From Vicinamibacteria bacterium (GTDB taxonomy: Bacteria > Acidobacteriota > Vicinamibacteria > Fen-336), in contig DATBIO010000289.1 in assembly GCA_036556965.1 (NCBI GenBank), positions 964 through 64,963 of the forward strand: 64,000 bases of DNA, given 5' to 3'. Shown here piece after piece: positions 10,491 through 20,715 of the stretch. The stretch's first letter is position 1, and every line of letters begins with the position of its first letter. The notes below the pieces were generated by a model, which was not told the DNA's origin, ran no database searches, and saw only the letters and a program-made list of their open reading frames with translations. Both the position numbers and the translations under genes were made by a program.

Positions 10491-11603
10491 CTACCACGGC
10501 CGGGTGAGGAATTCGTACACGAGCATGGTGCCCAGGAAGACGAGGACCAGGGTGGCCTCGTGGGGCGCCCGGGCCTTGAAGCGGTGCCACAGCCAGGCCG
10601 CCAGGTAGCAGGTGAGCACGATGCCCATCAGCACCATGGCGCCCTGGGCCAGGGTGAGGGTACCCGCCAGCCCGGCCAGGGGGGCCCCCGTGAGGACGCC
10701 TCCGTAGAGCAGGTACAGGTGGAGCACGTAGACCAGCAGCGTCTCGTGGCCGAGCAGGGCGAGCGCCCGCATCCCGCGCCAGTTGCGGTCGGCGGCCGCT
10801 TCCACGAGGCGGAGCAGGAGCAACAGGCCGCCCAGCCGGATGAGCGCGTATCCGGGGGACACGCCCCAGAAGTCCACCTGCCCGCGGAGGGCGAGGGCCA
10901 CCAGCACCCCGAGCCCGATCAGGAGCGAGCCGCCCACCACCGCGCGGCGCTTGCGCGTCGCCTCCTCCTGCCGGCCCAGGGCCGCGCCCGCCACCGTCCC
11001 CCCGAGCACGAAGGCGGCGAAGGGGAAGATGGGGAAGCGCGAGGGCGCCACGCGCTGGTCCAGGTAGGCGCCCAGGAAAAGGGGCACGCGGCTCGACAGC
11101 TCCGCCTCCCAGACCAGCGGTCCCAGCGCGAGCACGGCCACCGCGGAGGCGGCGGCGGCCAGGATCCAGCGGCGTCCGAAGACCCACTGCAGGAGCAGCA
11201 CGAAGAGCTGGCTCACCGCGATCACCTGGAGCGCGTTGCAGGCGAAGAACTCGGCGAGCTGGTGGTGGGTGGCTTCGTTGGCCGTCTTCCAGACGGAGAG
11301 GAACGGGAGGTGCAGCGCATAGCCCACGCCGAGCACGAAGAGCAGGCGGCGGGCGCGGCGGAAGCTGGCCTTGAGGGAGAGGGGGGCGCGCGGCAGGCCG
11401 GCCACGAAGCCCGAGGCGAAGAGGAAGCCCGGCGCCGTCGAGCCGTGGAAGATGAGCTGGAGCTGGTAGGGCCCGGAGGCCACGATGGCGGGCCGGAGCA
11501 GGGTGTCGAGGGTGTGGCCCTGCGTCATCACCAGGGCCATGAGCCCGCGGAAGGCGTCGATGTAGATCTCGCGGTTCTTGCGGGGATGACGCCGGCGCTC
11601 CAC
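10491..11603 (-). CDS. Integral membrane acyltransferase, family 3 / HGSNAT-like.
   Basis: IDAFRGLMALVMTQGH is the N-terminal motif of the acyltransferase_3/DUF1624 family, followed by about 10 TM segments. Confidence 0.6.
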   Translation of the reverse strand: MERRRHPRKNREIYIDAFRGLMALVMTQGHTLDTLLRPAIVASGPYQLQLIFHGSTAPGFLFASGFVAGLPRAPLSLKASFRRARRLLFVLGVGYALHLPFLSVWKTANEATHHQLAEFFACNALQVIAVSQLFVLLLQWVFGRRWILAAAASAVAVLALGPLVWEAELSSRVPLFLGAYLDQRVAPSRFPIFPFAAFVLGGTVAGAALGRQEEATRKRRAVVGGSLLIGLGVLVALALRGQVDFWGVSPGYALIRLGGLLLLLRLVEAAADRNWRGMRALALLGHETLLVYVLHLYLLYGGVLTGAPLAGLAGTLTLAQGAMVLMGIVLTCYLAAWLWHRFKARAPHEATLVLVFLGTMLVYEFLTRPW

Positions 11604-11669
11604 CCCGTCCCACGCGGGGGCCCTCTGTGCGGGCCCGGCCGTCTCCCGAGGCAGCGGGGAAGCCGTGGC

Positions 11670-12332
11670 TCAGACCGTGAGGGGACTCGACTCCGCCGCG
11701 CGGCGGACGTGCTCGAGCAGCATCGACTCGGGTCCCGCGCCCACGAACTCCACGGTCTCGCCCACCACCGTCTTGGGCACGGAGGACACCCGGTAGCGCT
11801 GCGCGAGTTCGGGGTACCCGGTCACCTCCACCCCGTCCGCGGTGACGAGGTCGCTCTCGATGGCGAACCGGTAGGCCAGGCGGACGGCCCGCGGGCAGTA
11901 GGGGCAGGTCGGCGTGGAGAAGACCTGGATGTGGACGGGGCGGGGGAGGTCCCGCAGGCCGGCCCGCGTGTCCTCCTCGAGGCCGCTGTCCCCCTGCGAG
12001 ACGTCCAGCACCGCGTCGAGCAGGGTGCCGAACTCGTAGCCCGACGGCATCCCGTAGAACCGCACGCCGTAGTCCTTCTCCTTGCCCAGGACGGCCACCG
12101 CGGGGATGCGCGCGATCTTCAGCTCCTCCACGCGCGCGGTGTCGAGCACGAAGTTGTACGGTTCCGCGGAGAGCCGCGCGTCGAGGAGGGCCAGCTCCTC
12201 GACCAGGCGCCGGACCTGCTCGGTCTCCGGGTCGGCCAGGGCCTGGCTGAACACGGCCAGCCGCACGTCCTGCTTCAGGCCTTCGAACCGCTTCTGGATC
12301 TCCGCCGTCAGCTCGTCCGTGAGCAGGGCCAT
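11670..12332 (-). CDS. Thioredoxin-fold protein-disulfide oxidoreductase-like protein.
   Basis: A CPYC active-site motif (FSTPTCPYCPRAV) sits in the second of two thioredoxin-like halves. Confidence 0.65.
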   Translation of the reverse strand: MALLTDELTAEIQKRFEGLKQDVRLAVFSQALADPETEQVRRLVEELALLDARLSAEPYNFVLDTARVEELKIARIPAVAVLGKEKDYGVRFYGMPSGYEFGTLLDAVLDVSQGDSGLEEDTRAGLRDLPRPVHIQVFSTPTCPYCPRAVRLAYRFAIESDLVTADGVEVTGYPELAQRYRVSSVPKTVVGETVEFVGAGPESMLLEHVRRAAESSPLTV

Positions 12333-12369
12333 GGCGTGGAACGGCAGTATAGCGCCCGGCGGCGGAGGG

Positions 12370-13700
12370 CTAGACCCAGGACGGGAACCACGTCCACGGG
12401 CGCACGCGGTCGAACACCGTGAAGTAGTACCAGGAAGCGGGCACGGGCAGCGCGGCCAGGAAGGGCAGGAAGAAGAAGAAGAGCAGGACCACGGCGCCCA
12501 CGTAGCCCTTGGCCAGGGGCGCCGCCCGGCCCTCCCAGCCGCGCTCCAGGATCAGGCCGAGGCTCAGGCAGGCGTAGGGGATGGCCTCGAAGAGGTAGTG
12601 GCTGTAGTTGAGCGTGCGCGGGGCGATGCCCCAGGGAAGGTAGAGGCAGAGGAAGCCCGCCCCGCAGAAGACCCGCCGCGGGTCGCGGTGGCGCAGCCCG
12701 GTGACGAGCGCCCACAGCGTCGCGGGCACGGAGGCCCACCACAGCGCGGGGTTCCCGATGGCGACCACGCCGCGGATGGTCTCCTCCACCTGGCGGAAGA
12801 AGTACCAGGTGGGCCGCGCCAGCAGGGGCCAGGTGTACCAGGCGCTGAAGTACGGGTGCTCGGCCCTCAGGTCGGCGTGGTAGCGCCAGATGGCCTTCGT
12901 GTAGGCGGGCAGGTTGCCGATGGCGTTGCCCTGCGCCATCCAGGGCACGTAGCTCAGCACGTAGACGGCCAGGGGCAGGGCGCCGAAGGCGAGGGCGGCG
13001 AGGGCCAGCTCCCGCGGGCGGGCCAGCCGCCGCCCGCGCACGACCAGGAGGACGAGGCCGAGGAAGCCCGCCGCCCACAGGCTGGTCCAGCGCGTGGAGA
13101 GGGCGAGGCCCAGGAAGAGGCCGGCCGCCGTCATGGCCCCCGGCGGCAGGCGCTCCTCGCGCACCGATCGCACCACGAAATAGGCGGCGGTGACCTGGAA
13201 GAGCACGGCGAAGATGTTGGTCATGGCGATGCGGCTCTGCACCAGGTAGACGCCGTCGCAGAGGAGCAGGAGCGCGGCCAGCAGCGCCGCGCGCCGGGTG
13301 GGGAGGACGCGGCGCGCGAGGAGGTAGAAGACGGGGGCCAGGGCCACCCCGGCCAGGGCCGGCATCAGGCGCCAGGCCCACGGCTCGTAGCCGAAGAGCC
13401 AGACGCCGACGGCGATCAGCAGCTTGGCGGTGGGCGGGTGGACCCACTCCGTGGGCGTGCGGCCCTCGAGGTACTCGAGCGCGGTCTTGGCGTGGTAGAC
13501 CTCGTCGAAGTACTCCTCGCCGGGGACCCCGAGTCCGGGCAGGCGGAAGAGCGCCGCCGCCAGGGCCAGCGCGAGCGCGACGACGGCGTCGCCGCGGGCG
13601 GCCGTGGGCGCGGGGGCCGGGGCGGGGGCCGGTCGCGCCCCGGCCGCCGGCTCGCGGGGCGAGCGTGCGCGCCGCCGCCGCTGCGCCGCCGCGCTCAGTC
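12370..13700 (-). CDS. PMT/GT39-family membrane glycosyltransferase. Start codon unresolved.
   Basis: EEYFDEVYHAKTALEYL (the DE motif of the dolichyl-phosphate-mannose protein mannosyltransferase family) follows a first TM segment VVALALALAAALF and many further TM helices. There is no ATG/GTG/TTG in frame between TM1 and the upstream gene stop. The only in-frame codon at the junction is a CTG overlapping the TGA at 13695-13697. Confidence 0.6.
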
Positions 13701-15275
13701 GCCGGTACCCGCGCCCTTCAGCAGGTCGAGGGCGTAAGCGATCGGGATGCCGAAGGAGTTGCCGCCGAAGCGGGAGAGGACCGCGTACTCCACGGCGATC
13801 ACCTGGCCGTGCTTGTTGAACACGGGGCCTCCGCTGCCGCCCTGGGTGGTGGCCGCGTCGAAGACGATGTCGGTGCTGGTCACGTCGCCGATGTGGCCCT
13901 GGGTGGTGGAGGGCCGGATCAGCCCCTGCACGCTGAGCGCCTCCGTCACGCGGCCGGTGTCGGGGCCGTGCGACTCCAGGATCTGCCGGACGAGCGAGGT
14001 CTCCGCCTTGGCCAGCAGGGCCTCGAGGCCGGCGGGGTAGCCCACCACGACCACGGGCTGGCCGGGCACGGCGCCGGCGAGGGCCTTGGCCAGCGGCAGC
14101 ACCGGGATGCGCCGGCCCCCGAGGTCTTCCCCCTGCAGCAGGGCGAGGTCCACCTTGTCCGCCCGGCGCACCATCGTGAGCGCGAAGGGCTGCCGCTGCC
14201 CGGGGAAGAAGGCGCGCAGCGCCAGGCGGTGCGGCGTGAACCCGGCGTGCTCGAGCGCCTCCGCCGCCTGGTCGTTCCACCACGGCTCGGCCACGTGCCG
14301 GTTGGTCAGGATCAGCCCGCGGCCGTCCACCAGGAACCCCGTGCCGTAGTAGTCCACCGAGTGCACGGGCCCGTTGCCCTCGGTGCCCAGGGCCGCCCCG
14401 CCGTCACCCTGGCGGGCAGGCGCGCCCGACTCCGTCAGCCGGACGCGCAGCGGCCGCCCTTCGGCGTCGCGGAAGCCGTAGGAGCCCTGGATGAGACAGA
14501 CGCCGGCCCCGTATTGCCGGATGATGTTCTCTCCCGCCGCCCGCTCCGTCTCGAGCTGGTGGATGCGCGTGCGCGTGGTCTCCAGGGCCTCGCGCAGGAT
14601 CTGTGCCTCGCCCGTGGCCGCCTCCGCGATGCGGCCTTCGAGCTCCTCCTCGCGGGCGTGGAAGGCCTGCAGGGTGTCCTCGACCTCGCGGCGCGCCACG
14701 TGGGCCTTCTGCCGCTCCGCCTCCACCCGCGCCTCCAGGAGCCGCCGCTCGACCTCTCCCGCCTTCATGTCGCGCTGCAGGCTGCCGATCTGCTCGCGCA
14801 TGCGCGCGTTCTCGCGCCAGGCCCACAAGGCCACCGCCGCCAGCAGGACGGCGAGCACGGTCAGCGTGCGCTGGAAGGTGCGGCTGGTGCGGGTGACCGC
14901 GCGGAACACGGCGGTGTCGGACAGGCGGCGGAACTGGCTGGTCACGCCGGTGAACTCCGCGCGCCGGCGGTCCTCGCGCAGGACGCGCAGGCGGGGACCG
15001 CCCGCGCCCAACTCGAGCACGTCGCCCTCGTGCAGCACCACCTCGTGCACCGACTGGCCGTCCACGAAGGTCCCGCGGCCGGAGCCGCTGTCCAGCGCCA
15101 CCACCTGGTGGCCGCGGTGGTAGAGCAGGCAATGGCGGGGCGCCGTGCCGGGCAGGACCACGTCGGCGTCCGCATCGGAGCCGAGGGTGGCGGGCAGGCG
15201 CGACAGGGTGGAGCGGGCGACGGGCACGTCGCCGCTCAGGTGCACGAGGACGACGCCCGGCGGCTCGTGGATCAT
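13695..15275 (-). CDS. FHA-domain, transmembrane, coiled-coil, trypsin-like (S1) serine protease fusion protein.
   Basis: N-terminal FHA domain (SDADADVVLPGTAPRHCLLYHRGHQVVALDSGSGRGTFVDGQSV). A TM segment LTVLAVLLAAVALWAW. A long coiled coil. A C-terminal S1 protease with TNRHV (His), D and GGSGGPV (Ser). The ATG overlaps the stop of the upstream lipoprotein (ATGA). Confidence 0.8.
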   Translation of the reverse strand: MIHEPPGVVLVHLSGDVPVARSTLSRLPATLGSDADADVVLPGTAPRHCLLYHRGHQVVALDSGSGRGTFVDGQSVHEVVLHEGDVLELGAGGPRLRVLREDRRRAEFTGVTSQFRRLSDTAVFRAVTRTSRTFQRTLTVLAVLLAAVALWAWRENARMREQIGSLQRDMKAGEVERRLLEARVEAERQKAHVARREVEDTLQAFHAREEELEGRIAEAATGEAQILREALETTRTRIHQLETERAAGENIIRQYGAGVCLIQGSYGFRDAEGRPLRVRLTESGAPARQGDGGAALGTEGNGPVHSVDYYGTGFLVDGRGLILTNRHVAEPWWNDQAAEALEHAGFTPHRLALRAFFPGQRQPFALTMVRRADKVDLALLQGEDLGGRRIPVLPLAKALAGAVPGQPVVVVGYPAGLEALLAKAETSLVRQILESHGPDTGRVTEALSVQGLIRPSTTQGHIGDVTSTDIVFDAATTQGGSGGPVFNKHGQVIAVEYAVLSRFGGNSFGIPIAYALDLLKGAGTGD

Positions 15276-15814
15276 GGCCGCGCCACGCCCGCGCCGGGCG
15301 CCACCACCGTGGCCCCGCCCTGCTCCTCCTGCACGCCGCGCGCGCCCAGGCGCCGCTCGATGCCCGTGGAGACGAACTTGCTCCAGGAGGACGGCCCGAT
15401 GCGCAGGAAGACCTCGACGTTGGCGTCCTTCCACTGGGGGTGGGCGAACATGCCTTCCACGGCCCCGCCGGAGTAGTAGCGCGCGTCCGACTTCAGCACC
15501 ACCAGGACCTCGGGACCGGGTCCCAGGGGACGGTCGGAGGCGGTGAGCGGCTTCCAGTCCGAGCCCCAGGTGGCGGTCTCGCCCTGGCGGCGGAAGGTCG
15601 CGGTGGCCTGCACCGAGCGGAGCACGTGCGGCCCCTTGTTGCGCACGTGGAGCCGCACCACGGGGGCCAGGTACTGGGTGGTCCCGGAAGGCCGGTCCAG
15701 GGCCCAGTAGGTCTCCACGCCGCTCACCTCCAGCTCCTGCTGCGGGTCGTAGGAGCGGCAGCCCGGGAGGAGGGCGGCGCACAGGGTCACCAGGAGGCGC
15801 GCGGGGGCGGTCAC
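15272..15814 (-). CDS. Lipoprotein, hypothetical.
   Basis: MTAPARLLVTLCAALLPGC has a lipobox. GTG start. Stop overlaps the next gene start. Confidence 0.55.
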   Translation of the reverse strand: MTAPARLLVTLCAALLPGCRSYDPQQELEVSGVETYWALDRPSGTTQYLAPVVRLHVRNKGPHVLRSVQATATFRRQGETATWGSDWKPLTASDRPLGPGPEVLVVLKSDARYYSGGAVEGMFAHPQWKDANVEVFLRIGPSSWSKFVSTGIERRLGARGVQEEQGGATVVAPGAGVARP

Positions 15815-15961
15815 GTGTCGATGCCTTCATCCTGATTGTACGGAAGGCGGGCCGCCACGTTGACATCTCGAAAACGGCGTCGCTATGATGGCCTCCCCGG
15901 GCCGGCCGCCTTGCGTATCCGCTGCGGCCGCGAGCCGCACAAACCAACGGAGTCCATCCGA

Positions 15962-16945
15962 ATGATCGAGGTCACCAGCCTCACCAAGCGTTACGGCCGC
16001 CACACCGCCGTGGACGGGGTCTCCTTCACCGTGAACAAGGGCGAGATCCTGGGCTTCCTCGGGCCGAACGGCGCGGGCAAGACCACCACCATGCGCATCC
16101 TGACCTGCTACCTCCCCCCCACCGAGGGCACGGCGCGGGTGGCCGGCTACGACGTGTTCGCACAACCCCTGGAGGTGAAGCGCCGCGTGGGCTACATCCC
16201 CGAGACGCCGCCCCTCTACCCCGACATGGACGTGGTGGGCTTCCTCGACTTCTGCGCGCGCATCAAGGGCGTGGCCGCGGGCGCGCGCAAGGCGCGCATC
16301 GAGGAGGCCATGGAGAAGACGCGCACGTCGGACGTGCGTGCCAAGCTCATCGGCCGGCTCTCCAAGGGCTACCGGCAGCGGGTGGGCCTGGCCCAGGCCA
16401 TCCTGGCCAACCCCGAGGTGCTCATCCTCGACGAGCCCACGGCCGGCCTGGACCCCAAGCAGATCATCGAGACGCGCGAGCTCATCCGGGGCCTGGGCGG
16501 CGAGCACACCATCGTCCTCTCCACGCACATCCTGCCCGAGGTCTCCATGACCTGCTCCCGCGTGGTGATCATCAACAAGGGCAAGGTGGTGGCGGAAGAC
16601 ACCACCGACGCCCTGGCCCGCCGGCTGCACGGCGCGGCGTCGCTGCGCGTGGAGGCGCGCGGGGAGGAAGCGGCCCTGGTGGCGCGCGTGCGCGGCGTCC
16701 CCGGGGTGGCCGCGGTGCGGTCGCGGCCGGCGCCCGCGGCGGGGGTGGCCGCCCTGGAGGTGGACCCCGTGGCCGGGGAGGACGTCCGCGCGCCGCTGGC
16801 GCGGGCGGTGGTCGAGGGGGGGTTCGACCTGCTCGCCCTGGCCCAGAGCACGGTGAGCCTGGAAGAGGTCTTCCTCTCCCTCACCACCACGGAGGCGGCG
16901 GAGGCGCCGGCGGCGCCCGGGCCCACGGCGGAGGTGACGGCATGA
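15962..16945 (+). CDS. ABC transporter ATP-binding protein (GldA-like).
   Basis: MIEVTSLTKRYGRHTAVDGVSFTVNKGEILGFLGPNGAGKTTT (Walker A) ...LSKGYRQRVGLAQA (signature) ...LILDEPTAGLD (Walker B). Confidence 0.85.
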   Translation: MIEVTSLTKRYGRHTAVDGVSFTVNKGEILGFLGPNGAGKTTTMRILTCYLPPTEGTARVAGYDVFAQPLEVKRRVGYIPETPPLYPDMDVVGFLDFCARIKGVAAGARKARIEEAMEKTRTSDVRAKLIGRLSKGYRQRVGLAQAILANPEVLILDEPTAGLDPKQIIETRELIRGLGGEHTIVLSTHILPEVSMTCSRVVIINKGKVVAEDTTDALARRLHGAASLRVEARGEEAALVARVRGVPGVAAVRSRPAPAAGVAALEVDPVAGEDVRAPLARAVVEGGFDLLALAQSTVSLEEVFLSLTTTEAAEAPAAPGPTAEVTA

Positions 16946-17733
16946 CCGCCCTGAACAACGTGTGGGCCATCGTGCGCAAGGAGGGGCACCACTACTTCGG
17001 CAGCCCCATCGCCTACGTGGCCCTCTTCGTGTGGGCCATGCTCTTCGGTCTCTTCTACTACTTCGCCTTCAGCGTCTTCCTGCGCCAGTCCATGGCCATG
17101 GCCCAGCAGATGGAGTTCGGGGGGGGGCCGAAGATGTCGCTGAACGAGTGGCTGATCCGCCCCGTGATGCACAACATGGCCGTGGTGGCCCTCTTCATCG
17201 CCCCCATGCTGACCATGCGCCTCTTCGCGGAGGAGAAGCGCCAGGGCACCATCGAGCTGCTCGCCACCTCGCCCATCACCGACCTGCAGGTCGTGCTCGG
17301 CAAGTTCCTGGCCGCGGCCGGGCTCTACGCGCTGATGATCGTCTCCGGCGCCCTGAACCTCGTCCCCCTCTGGTACTACGCGAGCGTGGACCCGGAGTGG
17401 AAGCCGGTGCTCACGGGGGCGTTCGGCCTCTTCCTCCTCGGGAGCTGCTTCATCGCCCTGGGCCTCTTCGTCTCCACCCTGACCCGGAACCAGATCATCG
17501 CCGCCATCCTCTCCTTCTGCCTGTTCCTCGGCATCTGGACGCTGGGCTGGGCCGACGATCCCGGCGCCTCCACCTTCATGAAGGCGGTGGCCTACCTCGG
17601 CGTGACCACCCACATGGAGGAGCTGGGCAAGGGGGTGATCGACCTGAAGGACGTGGTGTTCTACCTGAGCTTCATCGGGTTCGGCCTCTTCCTGGCCCAG
17701 CAGTCGGTGCAGAGCCAGCGGTGGCGGGCATGA
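16942..17733 (+). CDS. ABC-2-type permease (GldF-like).
   Basis: Six TM helices. 4-nt overlap with the upstream ATPase. Confidence 0.75.
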   Translation: MTALNNVWAIVRKEGHHYFGSPIAYVALFVWAMLFGLFYYFAFSVFLRQSMAMAQQMEFGGGPKMSLNEWLIRPVMHNMAVVALFIAPMLTMRLFAEEKRQGTIELLATSPITDLQVVLGKFLAAAGLYALMIVSGALNLVPLWYYASVDPEWKPVLTGAFGLFLLGSCFIALGLFVSTLTRNQIIAAILSFCLFLGIWTLGWADDPGASTFMKAVAYLGVTTHMEELGKGVIDLKDVVFYLSFIGFGLFLAQQSVQSQRWRA

Positions 17734-19316
17734 GGGTCCTCGACCGGCTCGTCGACTTCCTGGCCGTCCTCGGCTTCCTGGTCATCGTGGGGGCGCGCGC
17801 CTGGCAGCAGTACGGCAAGGTGCTGCCCGGCCGCTTCGAGTACTACCTGGGCGCGGGCCTCTTCCTGGTGGTGCTCCAGGTCCTCCTGCGCTGGGACCGC
17901 ATCGTGGCCCGGCTGGGCCGCCGCCAGATGAAGTACGGCGGCAACATGACCGTCCTCATCCTGGGGGTGCTCGGCGTGCTGGGCCTCCTCAACCACCTGG
18001 CCGCCCGGCGCAGCGTGCGCTGGGACCTCACCAAGGGCCAGCGCTACTCGCTCTCCGACCAGAGCCGCAAGGTGCTCGCTTCCCTGAAGGAGGACGTGCG
18101 CATCGTCTACTTCCAGCGCTCGCTCGAGATGGGGGCCGGCCGCGACCGGCTCTCCCAGTACGAGACGGCCTCGCCCCGCGTCAAGGTCGAGTACGTGGAC
18201 CCCGTGCAGAACCCGGCGCGGGCGCAGGCCTACGACGTGCGCGGCCCCTGGCCCATCATCGTGGTGGAAAAGGGCGACCGGCGCGAGCGCGTCACCAACG
18301 ACACCGAGCAGGACCTGACCAACGCCTTCCTGAAGGTGACGCGCGAGGGACGCAAGACCGTCTGCTTCGTGTACGGCCAGGGGGAGCGCGACATCGAGGA
18401 CGGCTCCGACCGCGGCTACTCGTCGGCCAAGGCGGTGCTGGCCAAGAACCAGTACGAGACGAAGAAGGTCCTGCTGGCGCGGGAGGCGGACGTGCCCGCG
18501 GACTGCACGGTGGTGGTGGTGCCGGGACCGGAGAAGGACCTCCTTCCCGCCTCCCTCGAGGCGCTGCGCCGCTACGTCAAGGGCGCGGGCAAGGTCATGG
18601 TCATGCTGGAGCCGCCCGTCCAGGGCGACGTGGACGGCGTGGTCGGCCTCCTCAAGGAGTGGAACCTGGAGGCGGGCAGGGACGTGGTGGTGGACGTCTC
18701 GCCCATGGGACAGCTCTTCGGCACCGGGCCCTTCACGCCGGTGGTGGCCCAGTACCCGTACCACGAGATCACCAAGGATTTCCGGGTGATGACGGCGTTC
18801 CACGTGACGCGCAGCCTGCAGGTGGGCACGGGCACGCTGGAGGGCGTGACCCCGCAGGCGCTCCTGGAGACGTCGGAGGCCTCGTGGGCGGAGACCGACC
18901 TGACCCTCAAGGACGCGAAGATGGACGAGGGGAAGGACCGCCAGGGGCCGATCGCGCTGGGCGCGGTGGCCACCGTGGCCGCCCCCTCCGCCGCCCCCGG
19001 TCCGTCCCCCGCCCCGTCGCCGTCGCCCGCGGAGGAGGCGGCGCCGCGGCGCGAGGGGCGCGTGGCCGCCTTCGGCGACAGCGACTTCGCCAGCAACGCC
19101 CTGCTCGGCTTCCAGGGGAACCAGGACTTCTTCTTGAACACGGTGGCGTGGCTGGCCGAGGACGCCGACCTCATCTCCATCCGGCCCCGCGAGCCGGAGG
19201 ACCAGCGCCTGTTCCTCACGCGCGGGCAGCAGCAGAACGTGGCCCTGCTCGCTCTGGTGCTGCTGCCCGGCCTCTTCGTGGCCCTCGGCGCGTGGAGCTG
19301 GTGGAAGCGCCGCTAG
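17730..19316 (+). CDS. GldG-like ABC-associated periplasmic component.
   Basis: N- and C-terminal TM anchors flank a large periplasmic domain with a Pro/Ala/Ser linker. The domain order matches the Gldg family. ATGA overlap with the permease. Confidence 0.7.
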   Translation: MRVLDRLVDFLAVLGFLVIVGARAWQQYGKVLPGRFEYYLGAGLFLVVLQVLLRWDRIVARLGRRQMKYGGNMTVLILGVLGVLGLLNHLAARRSVRWDLTKGQRYSLSDQSRKVLASLKEDVRIVYFQRSLEMGAGRDRLSQYETASPRVKVEYVDPVQNPARAQAYDVRGPWPIIVVEKGDRRERVTNDTEQDLTNAFLKVTREGRKTVCFVYGQGERDIEDGSDRGYSSAKAVLAKNQYETKKVLLAREADVPADCTVVVVPGPEKDLLPASLEALRRYVKGAGKVMVMLEPPVQGDVDGVVGLLKEWNLEAGRDVVVDVSPMGQLFGTGPFTPVVAQYPYHEITKDFRVMTAFHVTRSLQVGTGTLEGVTPQALLETSEASWAETDLTLKDAKMDEGKDRQGPIALGAVATVAAPSAAPGPSPAPSPSPAEEAAPRREGRVAAFGDSDFASNALLGFQGNQDFFLNTVAWLAEDADLISIRPREPEDQRLFLTRGQQQNVALLALVLLPGLFVALGAWSWWKRR

Positions 19317-19356
19317 CGCCCGCGGGGGCGCGGCGGGAGCGAGGACGCCCGAGATC

Positions 19357-20715
19357 ATGAAGCAGTTCTGGAAGACGGGGCTGGTGCTCCTGGTGCTCAT
19401 CGGGCTGGGCGCCTACATGTGGTTCGTCGAGCGCAAGAGGCCGGACGCCGACGACAAGCCCAAGGAGAAGGCGGTCACCCTGGACAAGGCCAAGGCCCGG
19501 GAGATCGTGCTGGCCCGTGCGGGAGGCGAGGAGATCCGCCTCGTCCGCCAGGGTGACGCGTGGCGGATGACGGCGCCCCAGGACGTGCCCGCGGACGCCA
19601 GCGCGGTGGACGCCATCCTGGGCAGCCTGGAGTCGCTCGACGCGGAGGAGGTGGTGACGGAGAGCGCCACCGACGTCGCGCAGTTCGGACTGGAGCCGCC
19701 CCGGGTGGCGGTGACGGTCACCCTGGAGGACGCCGGGCCCGCCCGGCTCCACCTGGGCGGCAAGACCCCCGACGAGGGCGCCCTCTACGCGCGCATCCCC
19801 GACCGGCCGCGGGTCTTCACGGTGGCCGGCTACCTGGAGGGCAGCTTCGACAAGCAGCCGTTCGACCTGCGCGACCGCGACGTCCTGCACGTGAAGCGCG
19901 ACGCGGTCACGCGCCTGGCCGCCACCGGGGACCCCGGACCCTTCACCCTCGTGCGCGACGCGCGGGGGGAGTGGGCCTTCGCCGCCCCCGTGTCCACGCG
20001 CGCCGGCCGCTGGACGGTGGACGGCCTCCTGGGCACCCTGGAAGGACTGCGCATGGAGAAGGTGGTCTCGGAGACGCCCGCGGCCGGGGACCTGAAGGCC
20101 TGGGGCCTCGATCCCCCCGCGCGCACGGTCACGGTCACCCTCGCCGACGGCGTCACGCGCACCCTCGAGATCGGGGCCGCCGATGCCGACAAGAAGCGCT
20201 ACGCACGCGTGGCGGGGGTGCCCCTCGTGGTCCTCATCCCGCCCGCCCTCGCCGACGACCTGGCCAAGGGCATGGCGGAGTACCGCGCCAAGCGGCTGCT
20301 GGACGTGGCCACCTACGAGGTCCAGGCCATCGAGGTGGAGACGCCGGCGGGCAAACGGGCGTACCAGCGCTCGTCCGTCAAGGACAAGGACGGCGTGGAC
20401 AGCTACACGTGGAAGCGCACCGCCCCCGACGCCAAGGACGTGGCGACGAGCGCGGTGCAGGACCTGCTCTTCGAGGTGGGCGGGGTGGAGGCGCTGGAGT
20501 TCGTGGACCGGCCGCAGGCCCCCGCCGCCTACGGGCTGGAGGCGCCCGCGGTCAAGGTCACCCTGCGCCACGACACGGAGCAGAAGCCGCCCGTCTGGTT
20601 CGCGCTCGGCCGCAGGGACGGCGCGGTGTACGCTCGACGCATGGACGACGAGGCCGTGCTCAAGCTGGACCCGGCCAAGGCCGAGGGGCTGATCAAGAAG
20701 CTCGGCGAGCTTTGA
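19357..20715 (+). CDS. DUF4340-domain protein, the usual partner of GldG-type ABC systems.
   Basis: N-terminal TM anchor, then repeated roughly 100-aa modules with (F)GL(D/E)PP motifs (FGLEPPRVAVTVTL, WGLDPPARTVTVTL, YGLEAPAVKVTL). Confidence 0.65.
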   Translation: MKQFWKTGLVLLVLIGLGAYMWFVERKRPDADDKPKEKAVTLDKAKAREIVLARAGGEEIRLVRQGDAWRMTAPQDVPADASAVDAILGSLESLDAEEVVTESATDVAQFGLEPPRVAVTVTLEDAGPARLHLGGKTPDEGALYARIPDRPRVFTVAGYLEGSFDKQPFDLRDRDVLHVKRDAVTRLAATGDPGPFTLVRDARGEWAFAAPVSTRAGRWTVDGLLGTLEGLRMEKVVSETPAAGDLKAWGLDPPARTVTVTLADGVTRTLEIGAADADKKRYARVAGVPLVVLIPPALADDLAKGMAEYRAKRLLDVATYEVQAIEVETPAGKRAYQRSSVKDKDGVDSYTWKRTAPDAKDVATSAVQDLLFEVGGVEALEFVDRPQAPAAYGLEAPAVKVTLRHDTEQKPPVWFALGRRDGAVYARRMDDEAVLKLDPAKAEGLIKKLGEL

